DNA of 64,000 bases from an uncultured Pseudomonadales bacterium (GTDB lineage: Bacteria > Patescibacteriota > Microgenomatia > UBA1400 > PJMF01). The stretch is from the NCBI GenBank assembly GCA_964511345.1, contig CAZEEV010000002.1:66770-130769 (forward strand), given 5' to 3'. The notes beneath the pieces were generated by a model. It saw only the letters and a program-made list of their open reading frames with translations, ran no database searches and was not told the DNA's origin. The position numbers were made by a program, and so were the translations under genes. Of the stretch, positions 45,047 through 52,900 are shown in pieces (position 1 is the stretch's first letter; each line of letters opens with the position of its first letter).

Positions 45047-45509
45047 TCAAGTGCTCAGCCAATTTTTGTATGACTCTAACCAAGCCGGTTATGGTAGTGG
45101 AGAAGAAAAAAAATGGATTAAAGAGTCAGATGGTTCTACTTCCATTCCTTATCAAAAGGGAGATTGGCAATCTCATGACAATTTTTTTGGTGGTGAACCA
45201 TATGGAGGCAGAATTATCGTTTCGTATAAAAATAAACCGGTTTGGATGATGGTCTATTATGGTTTTGTTAAAAATGGTATTAAGCCAGATCTCGTTTATG
45301 GAATACTCAAGAAGGCTTTAATGAAAATGCCTAAAGAAGCACCTTTTCGAGGGCCAAAAAGATTTGAATATGGCGATTTATTGTATTTAAACAAATGGGT
45401 GGGTGATGTAGAAAAATACTCTGGTGAAGAAAAAATTTATCAAGGTAAAGAAATAGTTTATCAGTCAAATTATATGGGTGGTTTAGTTGATCAAAAGGTT
45501 GGCGTCTAG
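45039..45509 (+). CDS. DUF5680-like protein
   Basis: HDNFFGGEPYGG, PVWMMVYYG, PFRGP, YSGEEKI; overlaps the radA stop. Confidence 0.7.
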   Translation: MNNQVLSQFLYDSNQAGYGSGEEKKWIKESDGSTSIPYQKGDWQSHDNFFGGEPYGGRIIVSYKNKPVWMMVYYGFVKNGIKPDLVYGILKKALMKMPKEAPFRGPKRFEYGDLLYLNKWVGDVEKYSGEEKIYQGKEIVYQSNYMGGLVDQKVGV

Positions 45510-45516
45510 TTTTTGA

Positions 45517-47661
45517 CTACAAATTCCTTTTTTTTGCGTATCTTTCGCGACTATTGCGAATCACTTTTTCACGATTTTGGTTACTGCTTTTGGCAAGATT
45601 CAGAGTGTAAGCGGGGAAAGGTCGACTCAAAACATTGTCAATGGAAATCTTATTAATGATTTGATATTTGTCCAAATTAACTAAGTCGTCTTGGGTATAT
45701 AAACCACCATACTCAGACTGGAAATAGGTAGCGTCGCCAGCGCCCATCACGAAACTCATAATATTGCCGCAGTTGCCGAAAATAGCATGACGAACTTCCT
45801 CTGGAATTTGGTCAATGTACTGGTTGGCTAAAATCAAATTAAGATGATATTTGCGGGCTTCAGAGAGAATTTTAATGAAAGCATCAGTAGCGAAGTTTTG
45901 AAATTCATCAACATAGAGATAAAAATCACGACGTTTTTCTTCTGGAATATTAACTCGAGCCATGGCAGCTAATTGAATCTTAGTAATCATCATTGCGCCA
46001 AGTAGAGTGGCATTATCTTCACCGAGACGACCTTGGGATAAATTGACCAGCAAGATTTTACCTTGGTTCATCAATTCCTCAATGCTGAAAGATGATTGAG
46101 TGGTATTCACTACATTGCGCACAATTGGCGAAGAAACAAATTGGCCAACTTTATTAAGAATTGAAGCGATTGATTCATTGCGTTGGCGCTCTTGCATTTT
46201 ATTGTATTCATTTAGCCAAAAGTTTTTCAAAATTGGATCATCTAGCTTTTCGACAATGGCGTCACGGAATTTTTTATTGGTTAATAAATCTAACACATCA
46301 GATAGTTTGGCCTCTGGACTTTTAAGTAAAGTTAATAAGCAATTGCGTAAAATATATTCAAGTCTTGGACCCCAAGAGTAACTGTAGAGTTTTTGAAAAA
46401 CCGAAATAATACCTGAAGCAATTAATTCGCGATGAACGACATTTTCACCTTCAAAAAGGTTAATTTGCACAGTGCGTTCTTGATCAGCTGGATCAAAGTA
46501 AATAACATCGTTAATGCGGTGTTTAGGAATGTAATTTAATAACGTTTCTACTAAATCACCATGAGGGTCGATGACACACATACCTTCGTTGTGTTTTAAA
46601 TCGTTAATAGCCATGTTAGCTAAGAGGGTAGATTTACCGGTGCCAGTTTTACCAATGACATAGAGGTGACGACGACGATCATGGCGTAATAAGCCATATT
46701 TAATGTTGCGATTTTTGTAAACTGTTTCGGCTACGACATTAATATTCTGTTTGATTTCATCAGGAGTATCTTGATTAACGATGGGTAAATTTTCCGGAGC
46801 TTCACCGAGTAGTTTCTTACCCCAGGAAATGTTGGGAATATTGGCAAGTTTTTTACTGGGCAAATGAAAGAGAGTAGCAATTTCTTCTAAACTGAGATTC
46901 AGATTGGGTGAAGCGACGAAATTGCGCTGCCTCATTCTTTTTAAGAAAGTATTTTTAAACAAATATCTGTTTTGTAATTGCAAAGCATTGCCCTCACTTT
47001 GAGAAATAGCCTGGTAGGCAGCAGCTACATTTTCCAAAATAAGCTTGCTTTTTTTACGATCATTAGTGGCGACGGCAATTTTGAAAGCAGTGCGCAGTGA
47101 TCTCTTGTCTAATTTTTGAGCAATGAGGCTTTTTTGGGGATGAGCCTCAAGTTTTTCACTAGAAATTTGTGTTCCTTTAGCCCAGAAAGAATCTTCATTG
47201 TCCAAAATCATTTGAATTAAGATTGTGTCATCGCCTTCGTTTTTGGATAAAGTTGACATTAGGGTTGAGAGAGGATCAATTTCTTTAAAATCGCCATAAG
47301 TTTTAAGAGGTAAATAGCTATGATTTTTAAGTTTCAGGCTGGCCACACGTTTTTGACTTGCTTGATCCATGAAAAAATCTACTGGATCAAAGGATAATTC
47401 CGTCATAACCGCTTGTGGATAGCTAGCGTGCAGAGCACCTTTGAAATACTCTAGTAAACGCAAGGGCACATGAGCTAAAAAATGAATGCTTTGTTGATGA
47501 ACTAAAATTTCAAAGCTCAAACTTTCTGTTTTGTTCAGTAAACGATGAAAGAAATTGTTTTTCAGATTAGGTAAAGTAGAGAAAAGCTGCACTGCTGTTT
47601 CTGGCGTTTCTTCACTATCTTTGCTGGTTCTAATCTCAAGTAAAAGATGGTTTTTTAGCAC
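45517..47661 (-). CDS. VirD4/TraD-like type IV coupling ATPase
   Basis: DRRRHLYVIGKTGTGKS, IDPHGD, LYVDEFQNF, LSEARKY, LANQY, AIFGNCG; GTG start. Confidence 0.85.
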   Translation of the reverse strand: MLKNHLLLEIRTSKDSEETPETAVQLFSTLPNLKNNFFHRLLNKTESLSFEILVHQQSIHFLAHVPLRLLEYFKGALHASYPQAVMTELSFDPVDFFMDQASQKRVASLKLKNHSYLPLKTYGDFKEIDPLSTLMSTLSKNEGDDTILIQMILDNEDSFWAKGTQISSEKLEAHPQKSLIAQKLDKRSLRTAFKIAVATNDRKKSKLILENVAAAYQAISQSEGNALQLQNRYLFKNTFLKRMRQRNFVASPNLNLSLEEIATLFHLPSKKLANIPNISWGKKLLGEAPENLPIVNQDTPDEIKQNINVVAETVYKNRNIKYGLLRHDRRRHLYVIGKTGTGKSTLLANMAINDLKHNEGMCVIDPHGDLVETLLNYIPKHRINDVIYFDPADQERTVQINLFEGENVVHRELIASGIISVFQKLYSYSWGPRLEYILRNCLLTLLKSPEAKLSDVLDLLTNKKFRDAIVEKLDDPILKNFWLNEYNKMQERQRNESIASILNKVGQFVSSPIVRNVVNTTQSSFSIEELMNQGKILLVNLSQGRLGEDNATLLGAMMITKIQLAAMARVNIPEEKRRDFYLYVDEFQNFATDAFIKILSEARKYHLNLILANQYIDQIPEEVRHAIFGNCGNIMSFVMGAGDATYFQSEYGGLYTQDDLVNLDKYQIINKISIDNVLSRPFPAYTLNLAKSSNQNREKVIRNSRERYAKKRNL

Positions 47662-47667
47662 TGCTTT

Positions 47668-47676
47668 AGTATAGCA
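47668..47676 (-). promoter_or_regulatory. Extended -10 promoter giving a leaderless virD4 transcript
   Basis: TGCTATACT on the minus strand, 6 nt upstream of GTG 47661. Confidence 0.55.
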
Positions 47677-47852
47677 AATTAGTAGAGCAGGCGCGAGCGA
47701 GGGCTTTTTAGTTTTCCAGAGTTTTGCACTTTTTAAGCAGTTTGGTTTTTTTTGTGAAAAAAGAGCTTTCTTTACTCAATAAATTGTCGTTATATAAAAA
47801 TATAGGATATCTGGCAAAAGCAATAAAAAAAACTATAGGACATAATTGAGCA

Positions 47853-47880
47853 TTGAAAAAATTATAGAACTAGCTATAAT
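47853..47880 (+). promoter_or_regulatory. sigma70-type promoter into the structured intergenic region
   Basis: TTGAAA (47853-47858), 16-nt spacer, TATAAT (47875-47880); followed by a boxA-like GTTCTTTAAA at 47889-47898. Confidence 0.5.
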
Positions 47881-47969
47881 ATTTTTTAGTTCTTTAAAGC
47901 AGTCACTTTTTTGAAGGGAAGTTGGTTTTTCAGCTATTTCTTAGGAAAGAGTGTGATAATTGTTGGACA

Positions 47970-48140
47970 AATAAAAAAATCCATCCCGTTTAGGACTTGT
48001 TCTTAAGGCAGTCAAGAACCTAAACAAGATGGATTATAGCGAACATTATTACCGCTGATGAATCACGAATAACAATGTAGCTTGTTGTAGTTATCTCAAG
48101 AGATAACTGAGTGCTTATAGGTTATCATTTTCCTTTTGAA
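47970..48140 (-). ncRNA. Candidate small structured RNA of about 170 nt, family unknown
   Basis: Minus-strand promoter TTGATA (48171-48176), 18-nt spacer, TATAAT (48147-48152); three consecutive hairpins, two with minus-strand G-U pairs; ends in a 17-bp stem plus T7. Confidence 0.45.
47972..48035 (-). terminator. Intrinsic terminator-like hairpin
   Basis: Minus strand AATCCATCTTGTTTAGG...CCTAAACGGGATGGATT: 17 bp with two G-U pairs, followed by a T run. Confidence 0.65.
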
Positions 48141-48183
48141 TAGTAAATTATACTTAAGTGATATTAAAGATATCAAAATAGTT

Positions 48184-48249
48184 AAGAATTTTATGCGAAA
48201 GTTCGGTAGTTGGGCAGGCAACCGAACTTTCGCAGAGAATTTTTCTTTT
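48184..48249 (+). terminator. Long hairpin, terminator-like
   Basis: TGCGAAAGTTCGGT (48194-48207) / ACCGAACTTTCGCA (48221-48234) perfect 14-bp stem, extendable with G-U pairs, followed by a T-rich tract. Confidence 0.6.
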
Positions 48250-48282
48250 ATTTCCGCGTTTTTTGCTTTATAATTTCTGTAT

Positions 48283-48993
48283 ATGAATAGTATGGAATAT
48301 TACAATAAGAATAATAGACCTGAAGGTAGAAGATCTCCAGAGAATAAAACCAACCAAACTCCGTTAACATCCAAAATTAGAAATGGTTTATTAGTTGCTT
48401 TTTTAGGTATTGGTTTGACTATTGGTGCGACTAAAGTTGCCGAAAATAGAGCAGAGGCAGCCATTATTGGAGCCGGCATCCCACCAGAAGTAGCACATGA
48501 TCCAGACTTGATTTGGGCTGCCATGAATGGAGCTAGCGCGAGCGAGCTTAATACTTTGGCTGGCAATATCATGAGAAATAATTCTCTCATGTTAAATAAC
48601 ACCATGGAAGAGATGAGTGAGTTTAGTCCTGATGATACACTAGAGAATTCTGCGGAGATCGCTCCAGAATTTGAAACTTTTGCTCTAGAAAAACTTACGG
48701 AGGGCGTATACGGTTTTACCGCTGATAAAAATATAGAGGTGACAAGCCAAAATTTTATTAAACAATTAAGGGAATCTTTGGGTCAGGCTGGGCAGGTTTT
48801 CTTTGCAGTGCCAGACGATAATTATGGCACTACTAGAGTTTTTACTGACTCGACCATTAATGGTTATAGAGATAATTATGGCAATTTTTATGCTTATATA
48901 GGTGACTATGTTTATGTTGCAACTGATGCTCAGGCGTTGAATAACTTGTTAAGCGCTAAGGGAATTAATCACGAAACTTTTGGCTTGCCATAG
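48283..48993 (+). CDS. Hypothetical single-pass membrane protein
   Basis: Charged N-terminus, TM (LLVAFLGIGLTIGA), TATAAT 8 nt upstream. Confidence 0.7.
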   Translation: MNSMEYYNKNNRPEGRRSPENKTNQTPLTSKIRNGLLVAFLGIGLTIGATKVAENRAEAAIIGAGIPPEVAHDPDLIWAAMNGASASELNTLAGNIMRNNSLMLNNTMEEMSEFSPDDTLENSAEIAPEFETFALEKLTEGVYGFTADKNIEVTSQNFIKQLRESLGQAGQVFFAVPDDNYGTTRVFTDSTINGYRDNYGNFYAYIGDYVYVATDAQALNNLLSAKGINHETFGLP

Positions 48994-49138
48994 CTTTTGA
49001 AAATAAGCTTGCTTTTTGAGGCTTTTTTGACATAATAATGGAGTATTCTGATTTCCCGAAATGTCTTTTTTAAACTAATTTCATATGAGTCACGACAATC
49101 AAGTAAATTTTTTAGCATTAAGAAAGGTTTAATTTTTT

Positions 49139-50503
49139 ATGCCAGTTAACAAAACTAGCAAGATAGCTGATGAATCAGCTAATAAAACAGTTCAATTAGA
49201 ACAAGAAACAACCTCGGTGGCTGAACAAGAAACTCCTCAAGAAAACCATGTGGAAGTTGCTGCTCAAGAAACTTCCAAAGAAGAACCAAGAGATTTTAGG
49301 GATAACCAACAAAATGGTTACAATCCAAGAATTACTCGTCACAAGGTGAGTAGAAGTAATTATGTAGAATCCAATGATCCTTCTGAAACAATTGAAGGTA
49401 TTTTGGACATGTCCAGAGATGGGCATGGTATTTTGCGAGTTGGTTTTTCTGAATCAGAGCGCGATGCCTATATTTCTACTTCTCAAATTCGTCGCTTGCA
49501 ACTTCGCCCTGGAGATGTGGTCACTGGTCCAGCCCGTAGACCGAAGGATAACGAGCGTTTTTGGGGTTTATTGAAGATTGATAAAGTCAATGGTATGCCT
49601 ATAGAGGATTTTTTACAAAAAGATCGTGTTAAATTCCAGGCTTTAACTCCTGTTTACCCAGATAGTCAAATCAAATTAGAAACTGGTAAAGAACCTTTGT
49701 CTTTGCGCATCATTGACATGATTGCCCCTATTGGTAAAGGTCAGAGAAGTTTAATTGTGTCTCCGCCAAAAGCTGGTAAAACTACTTTACTCAAAGATAT
49801 TGCTACCGGTGTGGCTGCTAATAACCCAGATATTCATTTGATGGCAGTGCTAGTTGGTGAAAGACCAGAGGAAGTAACTGACATTCGCCGTCACATTGAA
49901 GGTTTAACTAAGGGCAAAGGCGAAGTTGCAGCTAGCAACTTTGACGAAGCAGCGACTGATCAGTGTCGAGTGGCTGAACTAGCCTTAGAAAGAGCCAAAA
50001 GATTAGTGGAAACTGGTAAAGATGTGGTGATTTTACTTGACTCGATTACTCGTTTGGCTAGAGCATACAACTTAGCCATGCCAACTTCCGGACGTACCTT
50101 GTCTGGAGGTTTCGATCCTGCAGCTCTTTTTCCACCTAAGAAATTCTTTGGCGCAGCTAGAAACTTTGAAGTGCAGGGATCTTTGACCATTGTTGGAACT
50201 GCTTTAGTAGATACTGGTTCCAGAATGGATGATTTGGTTTATGAAGAATTTAAGGGTACTGGTAATCAAGAGATTCATTTAGATCGCGGTTTAGCTGAGC
50301 GACGTATTCATCCTGCTATCGATGTTCAAAAATCTGGAACTCGTCGTGATGATTTATTAATCGATCCAGTCACTTATCAGTCCATTATTACTTTGCATCG
50401 CATGTTAGATATGTTGGGTAAAGACGAGCGAACTGTTACAATTATTGAGAAACTAAAGCGTAGCGATAGCAATAAAGACTTTTTGGCTTCGCTTAAGGGT
50501 TAA
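49139..50503 (+). CDS. rho: Transcription termination factor Rho
   Basis: DAYISTSQIRR, PIGKGQR, SPPKAGKT, GERPEEVTD, LDSITRLARAYN, EEFKGTGN. Confidence 0.96.
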   Translation: MPVNKTSKIADESANKTVQLEQETTSVAEQETPQENHVEVAAQETSKEEPRDFRDNQQNGYNPRITRHKVSRSNYVESNDPSETIEGILDMSRDGHGILRVGFSESERDAYISTSQIRRLQLRPGDVVTGPARRPKDNERFWGLLKIDKVNGMPIEDFLQKDRVKFQALTPVYPDSQIKLETGKEPLSLRIIDMIAPIGKGQRSLIVSPPKAGKTTLLKDIATGVAANNPDIHLMAVLVGERPEEVTDIRRHIEGLTKGKGEVAASNFDEAATDQCRVAELALERAKRLVETGKDVVILLDSITRLARAYNLAMPTSGRTLSGGFDPAALFPPKKFFGAARNFEVQGSLTIVGTALVDTGSRMDDLVYEEFKGTGNQEIHLDRGLAERRIHPAIDVQKSGTRRDDLLIDPVTYQSIITLHRMLDMLGKDERTVTIIEKLKRSDSNKDFLASLKG

Positions 50504-50526
50504 GTTAAGAGAGTGAAGGAGCGATT

Positions 50527-51690
50527 TTGCTAACAAGAAATTTCGATTATGGCAAAAAGAACAATAAGTTTTTTGGAAACTTATTCTTATGGTTTGCTGA
50601 ATTGAGAGCTTTTGGTGTTTTTGTGAGAACTTACCTCAAGTATCGGGTTTACAAAATTTTTGCTTGGTTTGAAAATTTTAAAGATAAGCTAGTTGACGTG
50701 CTTTATATGCAAAGGGGGAAATATACTAAACCTTTTTTGCATTTTGGTACGATTGGCTTGAGTTTTTTAATGGTGACGCTGGGTCCAAGTTTTTTAAACA
50801 AATCTGATCAAAACGATCAACAAAGAGTATTGGCAAGTCCAGTGCTTTCCACTGCCACCGCAGCCGCTCCGGACTTTTATACTTCTCAGGCAGAGGAGGT
50901 TCGTCAGTATCGAGGTGGAGAAATTATTAGCCATGTAGTGGCAGAAGGCGAAACTGTTTCTAGTATTGCAGATCGTTATGGTCTCAAAGCGAGTACTATT
51001 TTTTGGGAGAACAATTTGACCGACAAGTCCAAAATTAAGCCTGGTCAAGAATTGAGTATCTTGCCAGTTGATGGTGTTCGTCACAAGGTGACACGTGGTG
51101 AGACCATTTATTCAATTGGTAAAAAATATGGCTTAGATGGTTCTCAAGTCCAGATGATCGTTGATTATCCATTTAACGAGTTTTTAAATGATGAAACTTT
51201 TGAGTTGGTAGTTGGGCAATACTTAATGGTCCCAGAAGGTGTGAAAGCAGAAGTGAAATTGCCAAGTGGTTCCACTGGTGTGACCAGATTTGGCTCAATT
51301 ACTCCAGATGCCGGCACGGTTTCTGCTCTAGGTTCTTTTATTTGGCCAGCTTCTGGTGGAATTACTCAGGGTTATAGCTTTTTTCACAAAGCTATTGATA
51401 TCGCTAATCGTGGTGCAGGACCAATTTTAGCTGCTGATGCCGGAGTAGTGACTACCGCAGGTTGGATCGATGGTTCTGGTTATGGTAATCGTGTGGTTGT
51501 TGACCATGGTAATGGCTATGTGACTTTATATGCTCATTTATCTGTGGTGCAAGTAGTCACTGGTCAAAGAGTCAAGCGTGGTGATGTTTTGGGTCAAATG
51601 GGTAGCACTGGTCGTAGTACTGGTACTCACTTGCACTTTGAAATTCGTCAGGGTGGAGCATTACTCAACCCATTAAGCTTTTTGAAATAA
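50527..51690 (+). CDS. LysM (x2) + M23 peptidase
   Basis: Two LysM motifs (HVVAEGETVSSIA, HKVTRGETIYSIG); HKAIDIA, YAHL, GSTGRSTGTHLHFE. Start codon uncertain. Confidence 0.9.
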   Translation: MLTRNFDYGKKNNKFFGNLFLWFAELRAFGVFVRTYLKYRVYKIFAWFENFKDKLVDVLYMQRGKYTKPFLHFGTIGLSFLMVTLGPSFLNKSDQNDQQRVLASPVLSTATAAAPDFYTSQAEEVRQYRGGEIISHVVAEGETVSSIADRYGLKASTIFWENNLTDKSKIKPGQELSILPVDGVRHKVTRGETIYSIGKKYGLDGSQVQMIVDYPFNEFLNDETFELVVGQYLMVPEGVKAEVKLPSGSTGVTRFGSITPDAGTVSALGSFIWPASGGITQGYSFFHKAIDIANRGAGPILAADAGVVTTAGWIDGSGYGNRVVVDHGNGYVTLYAHLSVVQVVTGQRVKRGDVLGQMGSTGRSTGTHLHFEIRQGGALLNPLSFLK

Positions 51691-51707
51691 AAATATAAAG
51701 GAAAACA

Positions 51708-52871
51708 GTGATCGATCTAATCAAATTAATTTTAGCAGCAGGTAATGGAGGCGAAGGCAAAGTTTCTTTTCGCCGAGAAAAATTTGTCACCAAAGGTGGT
51801 CCTGATGGTGGTGATGGTGGTGATGGTGGATCAGTTCTTATCAGAAGTGTGGCAGGGATGACCACGCTTAGAGATTATGCGGGGGTGAAGCTATTTAAAG
51901 CCCAGGGTGGAGAAAATGGTGGGCGTCGTAAAAAATTTGGTGAAAAAGGTGCGGACAAAATTCTCGAGGTGCCGGTCGGCACAGTGATTTATTTATTAGC
52001 AGAAAATCAAGTTGCTCAAAAACGTCGTCATAATTCTTTGATTGGTAATGATTTAATTGGTGGAGGTAAATATTATTTGGAATCAGAAAATCAAGGTATT
52101 CCGCCGCGCGATCCAGATGATCAACTTACATCACTTGACGAAAAATTAGAATTATTTGTCTTCGATAGTCCTGACCAGGAATTCTTGGTTTGCCATGGTG
52201 GCAAAGGTGGACGAGGCAGCGTGCATTTCAAATCTTCGACTAAAACCACTCCGTTGGAAGCGGAGTACGGTGGGTTTGGAGAACAAAAACTGGTTCAGCT
52301 GGAGCTTAAATTATTAGCAGACTTAGGATTAGTGGGTTTTCCTAATGCTGGTAAAAGTACTTTTTTATCCAAAGTGACCAAAGCCAATCCTAAAATTGCC
52401 AATTATCCTTTTACCACGATTGAACCTAATTTGGGAATTATGTATCTCGGTTCAGGGCAGGGTAAAGAAGAGTTGGTGATCGCCGATATTCCTGGTTTAA
52501 TCGAAGGGGCTAGTGCGGGGAAGGGTTTAGGTCTGGACTTTTTGCGCCACATTGAAAACTGCCAAATTTTGATGTTTATTCTGTATTTAGATGAAAGTGT
52601 TATTTTTGATGAAAGTATTAGCGATCAGCAAAGAGCTGAGATGCTGTGGCAACAATATGAACAACTGAAAAAAGAATTGGGCGACTACAGCTCTAAACTA
52701 CTAGAAAAACCCAGTCTTTTGACAGTTAATAAGATAGATTTATACACTGCTAAACAGATAGATGTCTTTAGATCATATTTTATGGACAAAGATATGAATG
52801 TGATGTTTTTCAGTACGGTTACCAATGAGGGCTTAGCAGAAATTAAACAAGCAATTGGCAAATTACTTTAA
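51708..52871 (+). CDS. obgE: GTPase Obg/CgtA
   Basis: AGNGGEG, GGPDGGDGG, GFPNAGKST, YPFTT, DIPG, NKID. Confidence 0.95.
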   Translation: MIDLIKLILAAGNGGEGKVSFRREKFVTKGGPDGGDGGDGGSVLIRSVAGMTTLRDYAGVKLFKAQGGENGGRRKKFGEKGADKILEVPVGTVIYLLAENQVAQKRRHNSLIGNDLIGGGKYYLESENQGIPPRDPDDQLTSLDEKLELFVFDSPDQEFLVCHGGKGGRGSVHFKSSTKTTPLEAEYGGFGEQKLVQLELKLLADLGLVGFPNAGKSTFLSKVTKANPKIANYPFTTIEPNLGIMYLGSGQGKEELVIADIPGLIEGASAGKGLGLDFLRHIENCQILMFILYLDESVIFDESISDQQRAEMLWQQYEQLKKELGDYSSKLLEKPSLLTVNKIDLYTAKQIDVFRSYFMDKDMNVMFFSTVTNEGLAEIKQAIGKLL

Positions 52872-52900
52872 CAGAATCTTCTCAATATATTTTTTGAGAT

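Noticed and set aside
15990-47661. Integrative conjugative element
   Set aside because: No relaxase, integrase or att repeats; the genes are interleaved with dnaA, radA, yvcK and other core genes.
47953-48006. Type I toxin peptide (GTG-started 17-aa ORF on +)
   Set aside because: Too short and not convincingly hydrophobic; no support beyond a weak SD.
48027-48067. Fluoride riboswitch or hammerhead ribozyme (GATGGATT...ACCGCTGATGAATC)
   Set aside because: The resemblance is partial: no P1 stem for the crcB motif, no GAAA after CUGAUGA for a hammerhead, no fluoride-related gene downstream, and the G-U pairing favours the opposite strand. A cmscan run would settle it.
51795-51830. GGTGAT-type microsatellite in obgE
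   Set aside because: It encodes the conserved GGPDGGDGGDGG Obg motif.
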